Both the position numbers and the translations under genes were made by a program. This document shows positions 18,740-27,954 of a DNA stretch of 64,000 nt, piece by piece. The first letter of the stretch is position 1, and each line of letters begins with the position of its first letter. The notes beneath the pieces were generated by a model. The model was not told the DNA's origin. It was given only the letters and a program-made list of their open reading frames with translations, and ran no database searches. The DNA comes from an uncultured Candidatus Saccharibacteria bacterium (GTDB lineage: Bacteria > Patescibacteriota > Minisyncoccia > Phycocordibacterales > UBA1006): contig CAYXKF010000001.1 in NCBI GenBank assembly GCA_964464735.1, positions 35,690 to 99,689 on the forward strand. Reading direction: 5' to 3'.

Positions 18740-18949
18740 ATGGCAATAGTCATCAACATAGACGTCATGTTGGCAAAACGCAAAATGAGCGTCACCGAAC
18801 TTTCAGAAAAAGTGGGCATCACCATGGCCAACTTATCGATCCTTAAAAACGCAAAAGCAAAAGCGGTTAGGCTTTCGACCCTTGAAGCAATTTGCAAGGC
18901 GCTTGATTGCCAGCCGGGCGATATCCTTGAATATCGAAAAGGCAAATAG
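18740..18949 (+). CDS. helix-turn-helix transcriptional regulator, XRE/Cro-C1 family (YozG-like)
   Basis: The 69-aa MAIVINIDVMLAKRKMSVTELSEKVGITMANLSILKNAKAKAVRLSTLEAICKALDCQPGDILEY is the canonical YozG-type HTH_26 sequence pattern. Confidence 0.8.
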   Translation: MAIVINIDVMLAKRKMSVTELSEKVGITMANLSILKNAKAKAVRLSTLEAICKALDCQPGDILEYRKGK

Positions 18950-18958
18950 GTGTACTTG

Positions 18959-19029
18959 TTGCCGGACTAGGACTCGAACCTAGATACCAAGGACCAAAAC
19001 CTTGTGTCCTACCATTAGACGATCCGGCA
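18959..19029 (-). tRNA. tRNA-Gln (anticodon UUG)
   Basis: The reverse complement folds as TGCCGGA-TC-GTCT-AATGGTA-GGAC-A-CAAGG-TTTTGGT-CCTTG-GTAT-CTAGG-TTCGAGT-CCTAG-TCCGGCA with discriminator A. U8 and the D-stem fit. Confidence 0.8.
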
Positions 19030-19120
19030 ATACGGTACAAGGATAGCTTTTTTAGGCCATAAATCAAGCCTTTATTTAAGCACTAGCCGTGCTATACTCT
19101 GCGCGCTGAATATTGGCTAT

Positions 19121-20632
19121 ATGCAAAAAACCATCGCAGTAAAGAATGTTTCATATTCGATCAATGGGCGCCACATCCTAGATGGCGTTTCTTTTCGCTG
19201 CTCAATCAATGAACGCATTTGTATTTTTGGCGAAAACGGTGCTGGTAAGTCAACGTTGCTTAAATTGTTATGCGGAGTCTTAGAAGCTGATGATGGCGTG
19301 GTGCAGCATGAAGGGCGTATCCGTTTTAAATACGTGGCGCAAGAATTTAATCCTGAACATAAAGACCAAACGATTCAAGAATACATTAAGACCGAGGCGG
19401 GCGAGGGGTTATATAAAAAGATATTTGCATTGGGTCGCGATTTTGGTTTTGACTTAGAAGCTAACAAAACCAAGGTATGCAAAAGCCTATCGGGCGGCCA
19501 ACAAAAAATATTGGCGCTTAGCGTTGCGTTTGCAACGAATCCTGATTTTTTATTGCTTGATGAACCCGAGAATCACCTAGATATTGTCAGCCGCTTAGCG
19601 CTTGTGGGTATTGCCGAAGATTTTAAGGGTGGCATCATATTTATTTCGCACGACCGATTGATGATCGACCGCATATCGACCAAGGTGGGCGAATTGGCAA
19701 ACGGCAAGTTGCATATATCCGAAGGAGGATACGACGATTACATTAAGATGAAAATGGAGCGTATTGGCGGGCTTCAGCGAAAGTATGATGCCGAAACAAA
19801 GCGTATGAAGCAAATCGCCGCATCGCTGGATATTTTAAAACAAAAGGCAATACGCGGAAAAGAAGTTTCGGCGTACCACAAGGCGCGCGAAGAATTTGAC
19901 GCGCTTAAAAAAGCGCACAAAGAATCGGCCCGGCCGGACGACATGAAGACTAAAATTTCACTTGCGGGTGCAAATCGTCAACTGCATGACGGCAAACTAT
20001 TGTTTCGTATCCATCGCGGTATGTTTCAGTATCCAACTGCGCAATCGCGAACATTTACCGACGTTGATCTCGAGATCCGAACAGGTGACAAAATTGTGTT
20101 GCTTGGAAGAAACGGCTCGGGCAAATCGACCTTGCTTAAATGCCTAACCGGCGAATTACCACTTACGGGCGGCCAGATAAAATGGGGAAACGACATTTTG
20201 TGGGCGTACTTTGACCAGCATGCCGAATTTGACCCAGACGAAACGCCGATTACTATTGTGGCAGTAAAACTAAACTGTTCTGATATGACCGCTCAAGCGG
20301 CTTTAGGTGCGATGCGGTTTGATACTGACCGCATGAAGACCGCAGTAAAGTTTTTGTCGGGCGGGGAGCGCATGCGGCTTCGTTTTGCGATCGCATTTGG
20401 TAAAAAACCTGACTTCTTAATTTTGGATGAACCGACCAACCATATCGACGAAGTGACATGGGAAGTGCTGCTTGAAGCGTGTATTAATTCTAAAAGCTCG
20501 ATCTTACTGGTGACGCATGATCACGAATTCATCGAGGAATTTAATCCAAGCGTGTTTTGGTTAATTCACAACCAAAAGATTCTTGAACGCCATAAGGACC
20601 TGGATGTGCTTTTGGATGAAATCCGCGGCTAG
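19121..20632 (+). CDS. ABC-F family ATPase (two tandem ABC domains, no TMD; translation-associated EttA/Uup-like)
   Basis: Two Walker A sites (GENGAGKSTLLKLL and GRNGSGKSTLLKCL) and two signature motifs (LSGGQQKILAL and LSGGERMRLRF). A charged linker separates the domains. No membrane domain. Confidence 0.85.
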   Translation: MQKTIAVKNVSYSINGRHILDGVSFRCSINERICIFGENGAGKSTLLKLLCGVLEADDGVVQHEGRIRFKYVAQEFNPEHKDQTIQEYIKTEAGEGLYKKIFALGRDFGFDLEANKTKVCKSLSGGQQKILALSVAFATNPDFLLLDEPENHLDIVSRLALVGIAEDFKGGIIFISHDRLMIDRISTKVGELANGKLHISEGGYDDYIKMKMERIGGLQRKYDAETKRMKQIAASLDILKQKAIRGKEVSAYHKAREEFDALKKAHKESARPDDMKTKISLAGANRQLHDGKLLFRIHRGMFQYPTAQSRTFTDVDLEIRTGDKIVLLGRNGSGKSTLLKCLTGELPLTGGQIKWGNDILWAYFDQHAEFDPDETPITIVAVKLNCSDMTAQAALGAMRFDTDRMKTAVKFLSGGERMRLRFAIAFGKKPDFLILDEPTNHIDEVTWEVLLEACINSKSSILLVTHDHEFIEEFNPSVFWLIHNQKILERHKDLDVLLDEIRG

Positions 20633-20644
20633 TGGTATACTTAG

Positions 20645-21040
20645 GTGCATATGATCTACATCTACACCCTGGTCCCACTTGTTATTATTGACGCCATTTG
20701 GCTTTTTTTAATGGGCAGCCATTATCGCACCTGGCTATCAACTATATTTGCTGCGAAAGTGTCTATTATTCCGATACTTATTTTTTACCCCCTTTACGCT
20801 TTAGGGATCGTATTTTTTGTGTTGCGCCCCGCGATACAATCAGGGGCAACATGGTGGCACGTGCTTCTTACGGGAATGTTTTTAGGTTTAATCGCTTACG
20901 GTGCGTACGACCTGACCAACCAGGCAACACTTAAAGACTGGCATTGGTATGTAACGCTTATTGATATAGCGTGGGGTGTAGTTGTTACGGGTGCAGCAAG
21001 TACAATTGGTTTTTCGCTATTTAATTATTTTATAAGATAA
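20645..21040 (+). CDS. hypothetical small membrane protein (possibly DUF2177-like)
   Basis: 131 aa with four TM helices. The family assignment is tentative. Confidence 0.45.
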   Translation: MHMIYIYTLVPLVIIDAIWLFLMGSHYRTWLSTIFAAKVSIIPILIFYPLYALGIVFFVLRPAIQSGATWWHVLLTGMFLGLIAYGAYDLTNQATLKDWHWYVTLIDIAWGVVVTGAASTIGFSLFNYFIR

Positions 21041-21051
21041 TAACAAATAGT

Positions 21052-21759
21052 ATGGGAGAAAATTGGTTTAAAAATCCGCTTTCAGTATTTAATAAGAAAA
21101 AACCCGAGAACACTTCGGAAAACAACGATGCAACACCTGATCGTGCCAAGATGGGTCCAAACGACCTGGTATTGCTTATGCTTAATAACTTTGGTTTTCA
21201 TGTTTCACGAATCGAAGACATCACCTATGAACAAATTAAGGGCACTGACTTGGCGGGAGTCGCAAGCGCAAGTAATGGCGGGAGTCGTGTTACGCTAGAA
21301 AATTTCTTAAATCAAAAGGGTGTATACCCCGAACACTTTCTTATGATTGGCGAGCTTATGGTTGCTCCAAATTACGAAGAGGTTGTTAAGAAAACATATC
21401 AGAATGTCGACGAAGTTGTATTACATGACCCTTTTGCGTCACTGGGTACCTTATTTGACCGTATCAAGGAAAACTCTAGGCAGGTTGGGGCTGATACATT
21501 TATTGTAAAAAACAATAAAACAGGTATTGCATATTCCTTTCCAAAAAAATTTGCCGAAGGCTTTTATCATCTCATGAAGCATCTTGAAAAATTGAATTAC
21601 GAAGGGCAGGTGTTAGATAAATATAAAGAGAATAATATGCCTCAAAAATATATCGACGAGCAAGAGAAGAAGCTTGCGCAAATCGATACTGCGCATGGGC
21701 CAAGTAAATATCTGCAAACATGGTTTGAGCAGCAGCAGAGGAAACAGGGTTTGAAATAA
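21052..21759 (+). CDS. hypothetical protein
   Basis: 235-aa soluble ORF with good coding periodicity and no recognizable motif. Confidence 0.4.
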   Translation: MGENWFKNPLSVFNKKKPENTSENNDATPDRAKMGPNDLVLLMLNNFGFHVSRIEDITYEQIKGTDLAGVASASNGGSRVTLENFLNQKGVYPEHFLMIGELMVAPNYEEVVKKTYQNVDEVVLHDPFASLGTLFDRIKENSRQVGADTFIVKNNKTGIAYSFPKKFAEGFYHLMKHLEKLNYEGQVLDKYKENNMPQKYIDEQEKKLAQIDTAHGPSKYLQTWFEQQQRKQGLK

Positions 21760-21762
21760 ACT

Positions 21763-22224
21763 ATGTCTGATCGCTTTACATACATTGGTTCGTCATACTT
21801 GCTTTTGATTAACGACAGAAAGATCCTTCTGTTGCGTCGGGCAAATACTGGTTTTCAGGATGGCAATTATGGCTTGCCGTCTGGGCACTTGGATGGTAAG
21901 GAAACTGCACGCGAAGGCTGCGCTCGTGAAGTGCGCGAGGAAATTGGCATTACTATTCAGCCCGAAGATCTAAATGTTGTACACGTAATGCATCGCAAGG
22001 CCGAACGCGACGAACGCATCGACTTTTTTATGACCGCAAACCAATATGAAGGCGAAGTAAAAAATTGTGAACCCAATAAATGTGACGACCTTTCGTGGTT
22101 TTCGCTTGATGCGTTGCCAGAAAATATGGTTGATTATGTAAAAGTTGCAATTGAGCATTATCAAAATGGAAAATCTTATTCGGAATTTGGTTGGAATTCT
22201 GCGCTTGCGGGCGCAGGGAAATAA
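21763..22224 (+). CDS. NUDIX hydrolase
   Basis: NUDIX box GHLDGKETAREGCAREVREEIGI. Confidence 0.75.
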   Translation: MSDRFTYIGSSYLLLINDRKILLLRRANTGFQDGNYGLPSGHLDGKETAREGCAREVREEIGITIQPEDLNVVHVMHRKAERDERIDFFMTANQYEGEVKNCEPNKCDDLSWFSLDALPENMVDYVKVAIEHYQNGKSYSEFGWNSALAGAGK

Positions 22225-22239
22225 AGTAGAATCTTCGGT

Positions 22240-22719
22240 ATGTTTACAAAAACCATCCAAAAAATTTTAGACTTCATGGACCGCTGGCGCGATGAGCACA
22301 TCGTCATTTCAAGTGTCTTGTTTACATTGCAAGTAGTACACCTTATTTGGTTGTTGGTGTTTGTGGTACTGCCAAAGCTTGGTGTGCAAACGGGTGAACT
22401 GCCACGGCTTCTTGAATACATCATTATTGTTGTCGACTACACCGAAATCCCGGCGCTTATTTTAACGACACTGCTGTACATCGGCGAATGGAATCGTGAT
22501 CGCAAGTTCAAAAACATTTTGTATATTTTATTCTTAAACACTCAATGGATCCATTTGTTTTGGATCACCGACGAATTTGTTGTGTCATCATTTGCAAGCC
22601 CTATTACGATGGCGCCATGGCTGGCATGGGTTGCGATTGCAATTGATTACCTAGAAGTTCCAGTAATGTACGAAACTATCAAAAAAGCGCTTTCGCTGAA
22701 AAAAGGAAAAGCGCAGTAA
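22240..22719 (+). CDS. hypothetical membrane protein
   Basis: 159 aa with 4 TM helices. Confidence 0.45.
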   Translation: MFTKTIQKILDFMDRWRDEHIVISSVLFTLQVVHLIWLLVFVVLPKLGVQTGELPRLLEYIIIVVDYTEIPALILTTLLYIGEWNRDRKFKNILYILFLNTQWIHLFWITDEFVVSSFASPITMAPWLAWVAIAIDYLEVPVMYETIKKALSLKKGKAQ

Positions 22720-22722
22720 GCT

Positions 22723-23304
22723 ATGGTGAAGGCGTTCTTTTTTGATGCTGATGGAGTCGTAATAAAATCTCGAAGCGAACTATTTAGTACGCGTTTTGCG
22801 CGCATGCAAGGCGTTGACCCCGCGCTTGTCGTTCCGTTTTTTAAAAACGACATGAAGGAATCTTTTTTAGGAAAAGGGGATATCCGCGCCGCGTTGGAAA
22901 AATATTTAAAGGTATGGAAATGGGAGGGAACTGCAGACGAGTTTTTGCTGTATTGGTTTAAAGAAGAAAGCCCTGCCGATGAAACAACGCTTTCAAAAAT
23001 TGATGCACTTCGGCAAAAAGGCTATAAGTGCTATTTGGCGACTGGTCGCGAGCCGCATTGGGCGGCCTATTTACTTGATAGGGCTGGTTTGCGAAACCGT
23101 TTTGATGGATTTCTGTTTTCGTACGAACTGGGTTATGACAAAGAAGATCCACGGTTTTTTACCAAAGCGCTTGAAACTCTTAATGTGCAGCCTTCGGATG
23201 TTGTTCATTTTGACGATAGCGCCGAGGATCTTTCTGCTGCTTGTGCTGCTGGTATAGATGCTCAGTTATTTACGGGATACAATATACTTGATACATATTC
23301 ATGA
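22723..23304 (+). CDS. HAD-superfamily hydrolase, subfamily IA
   Basis: Motif I FFFDADGVV, and HFDDSAEDL near the C-terminus. Confidence 0.75.
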   Translation: MVKAFFFDADGVVIKSRSELFSTRFARMQGVDPALVVPFFKNDMKESFLGKGDIRAALEKYLKVWKWEGTADEFLLYWFKEESPADETTLSKIDALRQKGYKCYLATGREPHWAAYLLDRAGLRNRFDGFLFSYELGYDKEDPRFFTKALETLNVQPSDVVHFDDSAEDLSAACAAGIDAQLFTGYNILDTYS

Positions 23305-23360
23305 AATATTCTCTCAAATAAATATGTGAATATGAAGCGGTTTGATTAGTACTGCAGTAA

Positions 23361-23396
23361 AACAAAAAGAGGCGCGATACGCGCCTCTTTTTGTTT
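23361..23396. terminator. bidirectional Rho-independent terminator
   Basis: Perfect 9-bp stem AGAGGCGCG-ata-CGCGCCTCT flanked by aaacaaaaa and ttttgttt. Confidence 0.7.
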
Positions 23397-23406
23397 AAAT
23401 CTATTC

Positions 23407-23529
23407 CTACGACGATTGCTCGTCTGTAGCGTTGTCGTTCGTATCCATTTCTTCTGCCTTCATGCCGCACTGCGGGCATGTTCCGTCTACCATCTCTACA
23501 TTACACATAGGGCACATGTTATTTTCCAT
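23407..23529 (-). CDS. small (40 aa) zinc-ribbon protein, not in ORF track
   Basis: The minus-strand ORF MENNMCPMCNVEMVDGTCPQCGMKAEEMDTNDNATDEQSS has two CxxC pairs 11 residues apart (rubredoxin-like knuckles) followed by an acidic tail. A terminator lies immediately downstream, and the sequence upstream of the ATG is purine-rich. Confidence 0.5.
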   Translation of the reverse strand: MENNMCPMCNVEMVDGTCPQCGMKAEEMDTNDNATDEQSS

Positions 23530-23636
23530 ACATTTTCTTTCTTAGCTATGGTAATCGTCGACCTTAGTATTGTACTCCTTTAATTTTGGATATGCTACAA
23601 TCAAAAAAGCATTATTAATCAAGTAATTACGTACCC

Positions 23637-24335
23637 ATGAAACAAATTATTACTATTATTGCTGCTGTCGTTGTTATTGCGATTGCCGGATATTTTGTCA
23701 GCATTACCCGCGCGCCGTCGGCTCCATCAACTGATATTCAAACTGCTGCCGAAAGTAACGAATCTGGCGCGGTTGCCACGTCGCAAGGCGAGGTGTATCG
23801 CATTTCACAAACCGAATCAAAGGCAGGCTTCGAAATCGGTGAAATTTTGCGCGACAAGCCGTTTACGGCCGTTGGAACAACCAGCGAAGTTGCCGGCGAC
23901 ATTAGCTTAAAAGTTGACGAGGAATCGGGTCATGAATATTTTGATTTTGGCACCATTACCATCAATGCGCGAACCTTTAAAACTGATAGCGAAAACCGCG
24001 ATGGTGCCATTGCGCGCATGATCTTGCGCTCCGAGGATCCGGCAAACGAATTTATTACCTATAAGGTAACTTCGGTTGGCTTGCCTGACGCGCCTGTGCC
24101 AGATGTTGCAACTGCATTTTCGGTTACCGGCGACCTGACCATTTCGGGTGTGACCAAGCAAGTCACCATGTTGGGAACCATGACTGCCAACAGTGCAAAA
24201 TTGTCGGGCAATTTGTCGGCCAAAATTAAGCGTTCAGATTTTGGCTTAACCATTCCAAACATCCCATTTGTTGCAAGCGTGGATGATGAATTTACCATCA
24301 AGGCTGACATTGTTGCCTACCGCATTGCCGAATAA
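23637..24335 (+). CDS. YceI-like family protein (membrane-anchored/secreted)
   Basis: N-terminal anchor, then a ~170-aa domain with the YceI pattern (GFEIGEILRDKPFTAVGTTSEVAGDISL...AFSVTGDLTISGVTKQVTMLG). Confidence 0.7.
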   Translation: MKQIITIIAAVVVIAIAGYFVSITRAPSAPSTDIQTAAESNESGAVATSQGEVYRISQTESKAGFEIGEILRDKPFTAVGTTSEVAGDISLKVDEESGHEYFDFGTITINARTFKTDSENRDGAIARMILRSEDPANEFITYKVTSVGLPDAPVPDVATAFSVTGDLTISGVTKQVTMLGTMTANSAKLSGNLSAKIKRSDFGLTIPNIPFVASVDDEFTIKADIVAYRIAE

Positions 24336-24351
24336 GTATTTTGTGCCACTT

Positions 24352-24380
24352 AAAAAGAGCGGGGGAAGCCCGCTCTTTTG
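24352..24380 (+). terminator. Rho-independent terminator after the yceI-like gene
   Basis: Hairpin GAGCGGG-ggaag-CCCGCTC followed by TTTTG. A TGGTATAAT -10 element follows at ~24398-24406. Confidence 0.65.
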
Positions 24381-24414
24381 CGTATGCATTTTGTGCTGTG
24401 GTATAATACCTCGC

Positions 24415-25323
24415 ATGAAAAAATATCTTTTGCCTTTAAGCCTTGGCGTTACTTTGGCATTTGTAGCTGCGGTGCCGCTTTTCGCACAGCAGGCATTGTC
24501 AAACGAATACAATACGATGCCGTCGTCGGTTACTCGTCAAAAAGTAACCGGTATTGCGCCTGGATTAACTGCCGAAGTAACTGCAGGTTCGATCTTTTGG
24601 CTCAATGGTTCTGCAAAGGTAAGCTGGCTTACCTCAAGTAAAAATCCAACTATATTTTCCGGAGCGCTTGATTTTCTAAAAGCGCGCGATATTGCAAAGC
24701 AACAAAGTGGCGGCGAACTAGTCTTGGCGTTTGCGGCAGCCTATAAGGCGCCCAGTGGAAGCATCGAAGGTGTGGCGTACCAAAAAGGGCAAGCGGTCGG
24801 GCAAAGTACATACAGCAAAACAGGGTTCGTTTATATCACTCCTGCGGGTAAAATTGAACTGTATCGATACGCAACGACAAACAGTAATGGCGCGACGGTT
24901 GTCGATACTACCCAGGCCGACGCATTGGTTGCCCGTGCACAGCAGGAAAAAGGATCGTTGTTTCAGCAAATTCCAGCAATTTGGGATGGTGTAAAGCGGG
25001 TAAACTCGACCAGTACTAGCCCATATCTTTGGCGCGCCCTGGTTCGCACAACATCGGGCCAAATTGGAGTTTTGAATGTTGATTTAAACTATACGCAAAA
25101 CCAATTTTTAGATATGGCGTTGGCGCTTAAGGATGCTTCGGGTAATAAGCTTATTGATGATCTGATTCTTTTGGATACGGGCGTATTTTCGTACGGGATA
25201 TTTCGTGATAATGAACAAATAACTGCCGACGCGGCAAACAACCAATTTAGCGCCAATGTCATGGAGGATGCGGCATTCCCAAACTATAAAGATTACACTA
25301 ATATATTAGTTATTGGTCAGTAA
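24415..25323 (+). CDS. hypothetical secreted protein (possibly phosphodiester glycosidase/DUF2233-like)
   Basis: Signal peptide MKKYLLPLSLGVTLAFVAAVPLFAQQ. The start was chosen downstream of the terminator and -10 box, because the ORF-track start at 24268 runs through the terminator. The family assignment is weak. Confidence 0.5.
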   Translation: MKKYLLPLSLGVTLAFVAAVPLFAQQALSNEYNTMPSSVTRQKVTGIAPGLTAEVTAGSIFWLNGSAKVSWLTSSKNPTIFSGALDFLKARDIAKQQSGGELVLAFAAAYKAPSGSIEGVAYQKGQAVGQSTYSKTGFVYITPAGKIELYRYATTNSNGATVVDTTQADALVARAQQEKGSLFQQIPAIWDGVKRVNSTSTSPYLWRALVRTTSGQIGVLNVDLNYTQNQFLDMALALKDASGNKLIDDLILLDTGVFSYGIFRDNEQITADAANNQFSANVMEDAAFPNYKDYTNILVIGQ

Positions 25324-25331
25324 TCGATTTT

Positions 25332-26336
25332 ATGAGTGCTTCTGATAATGCCATTATTGTATCCGGGTTAACCAAAGAATTCAATTTTCCGGTTAAAGAT
25401 CCGAAAAAAAATTGGTTTAGTAATTTGCTGTCTCCTGAAATTCGTACCATACAGGCAGTCTGTAATGTTTCGTTTTCGGTTTCTAAGGGTGAACGGGTGG
25501 CATTTATTGGACCCAATGGGGCAGGTAAATCGACAACAATAAAAATGCTTACTGGCATCTTGTTTCCCTCACGCGGTAACGTTAATGTGCTTGGCCTAGA
25601 TCCAACGGTTGATAGAAAAAAATTGGCCTACAAAATTGGGACTGTATTTGGTCAACGCTCGCAGCTACTGCCAAATTTACCGCTTACTGATTCGCTAGAG
25701 TTTTTCGGTGTTATGTATGATATGTCTGATAAGCAAATCAAAAGCCGGATTAGCGAGTTGAGCCAACAATTTGATTTAGCTGTATTTATAGATCAGCCGG
25801 TGCGTAAGCTTTCATTAGGGCAGCGGATGCGTGCCGAAGTTGCTGCTTCACTAATGCATAAGCCGGAAATAATCTTTTTAGATGAGCCAACAATTGGTCT
25901 TGATGTGGTCGCAAAAAAAGCACTTCGTGATCTTTTGTTAAAGGTTAATAAAGAGGAAGGCGTTACTATTTTTCTTACCTCGCATGATGTTGGAGACATT
26001 GAAACTTTGTGTACGCGTACGATAGTAGTAAACCATGGAGAAATTATGAAAGACTTACCTACATCCGAGCTTGGTACCGCTTTTGCCTTCGAAAAATACA
26101 TAGAACTTACTGCGGCACAATCATTTGCTGAATTTCCGAAACTCTCAAAAGGGCTTACTTATGTATCGCAGGCACCTGAAAAAGTTGTGGTATCAGTAAA
26201 TACGCAAATAGTTAAAGTCCAAGATGCGCTTAAATTGTTAATGCGTTCATTTGAAGTGTCTGATGTGGATGTGTATAGCACAGATCTTGAAACAGTTATT
26301 AGGCATATGTATGAAGCAGCTTCGCCTCGGACTTAA
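25332..26336 (+). CDS. ABC transporter ATP-binding protein (ABC-2 exporter type)
   Basis: Walker A GPNGAGKSTTIKML, signature LSLGQRMRAEVAASL, Walker B IIFLDEPT, H-loop TSHD. Confidence 0.9.
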   Translation: MSASDNAIIVSGLTKEFNFPVKDPKKNWFSNLLSPEIRTIQAVCNVSFSVSKGERVAFIGPNGAGKSTTIKMLTGILFPSRGNVNVLGLDPTVDRKKLAYKIGTVFGQRSQLLPNLPLTDSLEFFGVMYDMSDKQIKSRISELSQQFDLAVFIDQPVRKLSLGQRMRAEVAASLMHKPEIIFLDEPTIGLDVVAKKALRDLLLKVNKEEGVTIFLTSHDVGDIETLCTRTIVVNHGEIMKDLPTSELGTAFAFEKYIELTAAQSFAEFPKLSKGLTYVSQAPEKVVVSVNTQIVKVQDALKLLMRSFEVSDVDVYSTDLETVIRHMYEAASPRT

Positions 26337-27111
26337 CATTATTCAAATGCTTACTAAGGATCGGATGTACTATCCGGGGAGACTTTTTGCTGATGTTACT
26401 GCGATGCTCATGCGTTTTGGGGTACTGGTGCTTTTATATTGGTATGTATATCGCGTAAAAGGAGGTAGTATTGCGGGTACTGATTTTTCGATGGTGGCGT
26501 GGAGCATGTTTTTTTATTTCTCTTTTTCTGTGTTGCGCTTGCGTGATATTTATTTGTCTATTATGCAGGACATAAAGTCGGGAAATGTTGAGACGTTATT
26601 TACAAAACCCATTTCGTACTTAGGGTTTCGCATGTACTGGCAGCTAGGATACGGGTTGTATTCATGTGCGATAATTTTTCCTGTAGGATTCTTGATTATG
26701 GCGCTCACGGTCGGGATCCCCGCCACAATGCACAGTTGGTTTTTTGTTCTAACTGCAATCGCTGTTGTTATAGGAGCACATATATTGCAGTTAATACTGT
26801 ATGCTATTGTCGGGCTGCTTGCTTTTTGGATCGAAGACGTAAAGCCAGTGTTTTGGATTGTCGATAAGGCGGTTATGATCCTTGGAGGTTCGTACTTACC
26901 AGTGGCATTGTTTCCGCCCATTATGTATAAATTGGCAATCTTAAGCCCCTTTGGAGCGACGCAATTTATTACTCATACGGTGTACCCAAGCTGGGGCACC
27001 ATGTGGTTGCAGTTACTTGCAATTCAGCTGTTTTGGATAGTTCTGCTAGCAATGGTCCTTTTTGGGTTATTTGCTTCGGCGAAAAAGCATGTATCAGTCA
27101 ATGGCGGATAA
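26311..27111 (+). CDS. ABC-2 family transporter permease (first of two)
   Basis: About 266 aa with 6 TM helices, directly downstream of and overlapping the ATPase gene. I chose the ATG at 26311. Confidence 0.65.
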   Translation: MKQLRLGLNIIQMLTKDRMYYPGRLFADVTAMLMRFGVLVLLYWYVYRVKGGSIAGTDFSMVAWSMFFYFSFSVLRLRDIYLSIMQDIKSGNVETLFTKPISYLGFRMYWQLGYGLYSCAIIFPVGFLIMALTVGIPATMHSWFFVLTAIAVVIGAHILQLILYAIVGLLAFWIEDVKPVFWIVDKAVMILGGSYLPVALFPPIMYKLAILSPFGATQFITHTVYPSWGTMWLQLLAIQLFWIVLLAMVLFGLFASAKKHVSVNGG

Positions 27112-27910
27112 TACTATGATCAACGAATTGCGCTTTGCGCTTTATACCATAAAAAAGAATATCCAAAGCAATGCCGAACTGCGCACCAGCTTCATGATGA
27201 ATATTGCGGGAATGGCTTTAAATAATATCTCTTTTATTATTCTTTGGACTTCGTTCGTGCACTCGGTTGGAATTATTAATAATTGGCGGGCAATAGATAT
27301 TATTGCTCTTGAGGGGTTTTCTGCTGTGGTGTTTGGGGTAGCTCTTTCGTTTGGAGATGGAATACGACGTATACCTGCGTTGGTTACCAGTGGAGCTTTT
27401 GACCGTTTTATGCTTGCACCTAAAAATCTTCTTATTCGGGCGGCGACTTCTTCGTTTGGCGCGGCTGCGCTAGGAGACGCCCTCTTTGGAATAGTGTGCC
27501 TTATTGTATACGCTGTAGTTGTTAATTTATCACTTTACCAGATCGGAATACTTATCCTCGCCGTCATTGCGTCGGTAATTTTGTTTGCATCTGTTGCTGT
27601 AACTATATTTTCGCTGGGTTTTATCTTTACTGACGGCGAATCGACTGTCGCAGGATTCTTCGAGATATTCTTTACTCCTACCTTATTTCACGCAGGCGCA
27701 TTTACGGGAGTGCTGCGTTTCGTGTTTACGTTCGTAGTCCCATCGTTAGTCGTGGCAGGATTACCTGTTGAGGCGGTGCGCGATATGTCTATTGTAAAAT
27801 TGACTGTCATTGTTGGAATGTCATTAGTTTGGGCGGTTTTGGCTGTTTGGTTTTTTGGGAAGATGATACAAAAATACGAAAGTTCAAATTTTATGACGTT
27901 TGGAAATTAA
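27101..27910 (+). CDS. ABC-2 family transporter permease (second of two)
   Basis: About 269 aa with 6 TM helices. The ATG at 27101 overlaps the stop of the preceding permease (ATGGCGGATAA), which indicates translational coupling. Confidence 0.65.
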   Translation: MADNTMINELRFALYTIKKNIQSNAELRTSFMMNIAGMALNNISFIILWTSFVHSVGIINNWRAIDIIALEGFSAVVFGVALSFGDGIRRIPALVTSGAFDRFMLAPKNLLIRAATSSFGAAALGDALFGIVCLIVYAVVVNLSLYQIGILILAVIASVILFASVAVTIFSLGFIFTDGESTVAGFFEIFFTPTLFHAGAFTGVLRFVFTFVVPSLVVAGLPVEAVRDMSIVKLTVIVGMSLVWAVLAVWFFGKMIQKYESSNFMTFGN

Positions 27911-27911
27911 C

Positions 27912-27941
27912 AAAAAAAGCGGCCGCAAGGCCGCTTTTTTG
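27912..27941. terminator. bidirectional Rho-independent terminator (ABC operon / rpsA convergent)
   Basis: aaaaaaa-GCGGCC-gcaa-GGCCGC-tttttt. Confidence 0.7.
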
Positions 27942-27954
27942 AATATTACAGTGT

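Noticed and set aside
24268-24414. Upstream extension of the secreted-protein ORF, starting at 24268
   Set aside because: It would read through the yceI terminator hairpin and the -10 promoter element. The ATG at 24415 gives a canonical signal peptide.
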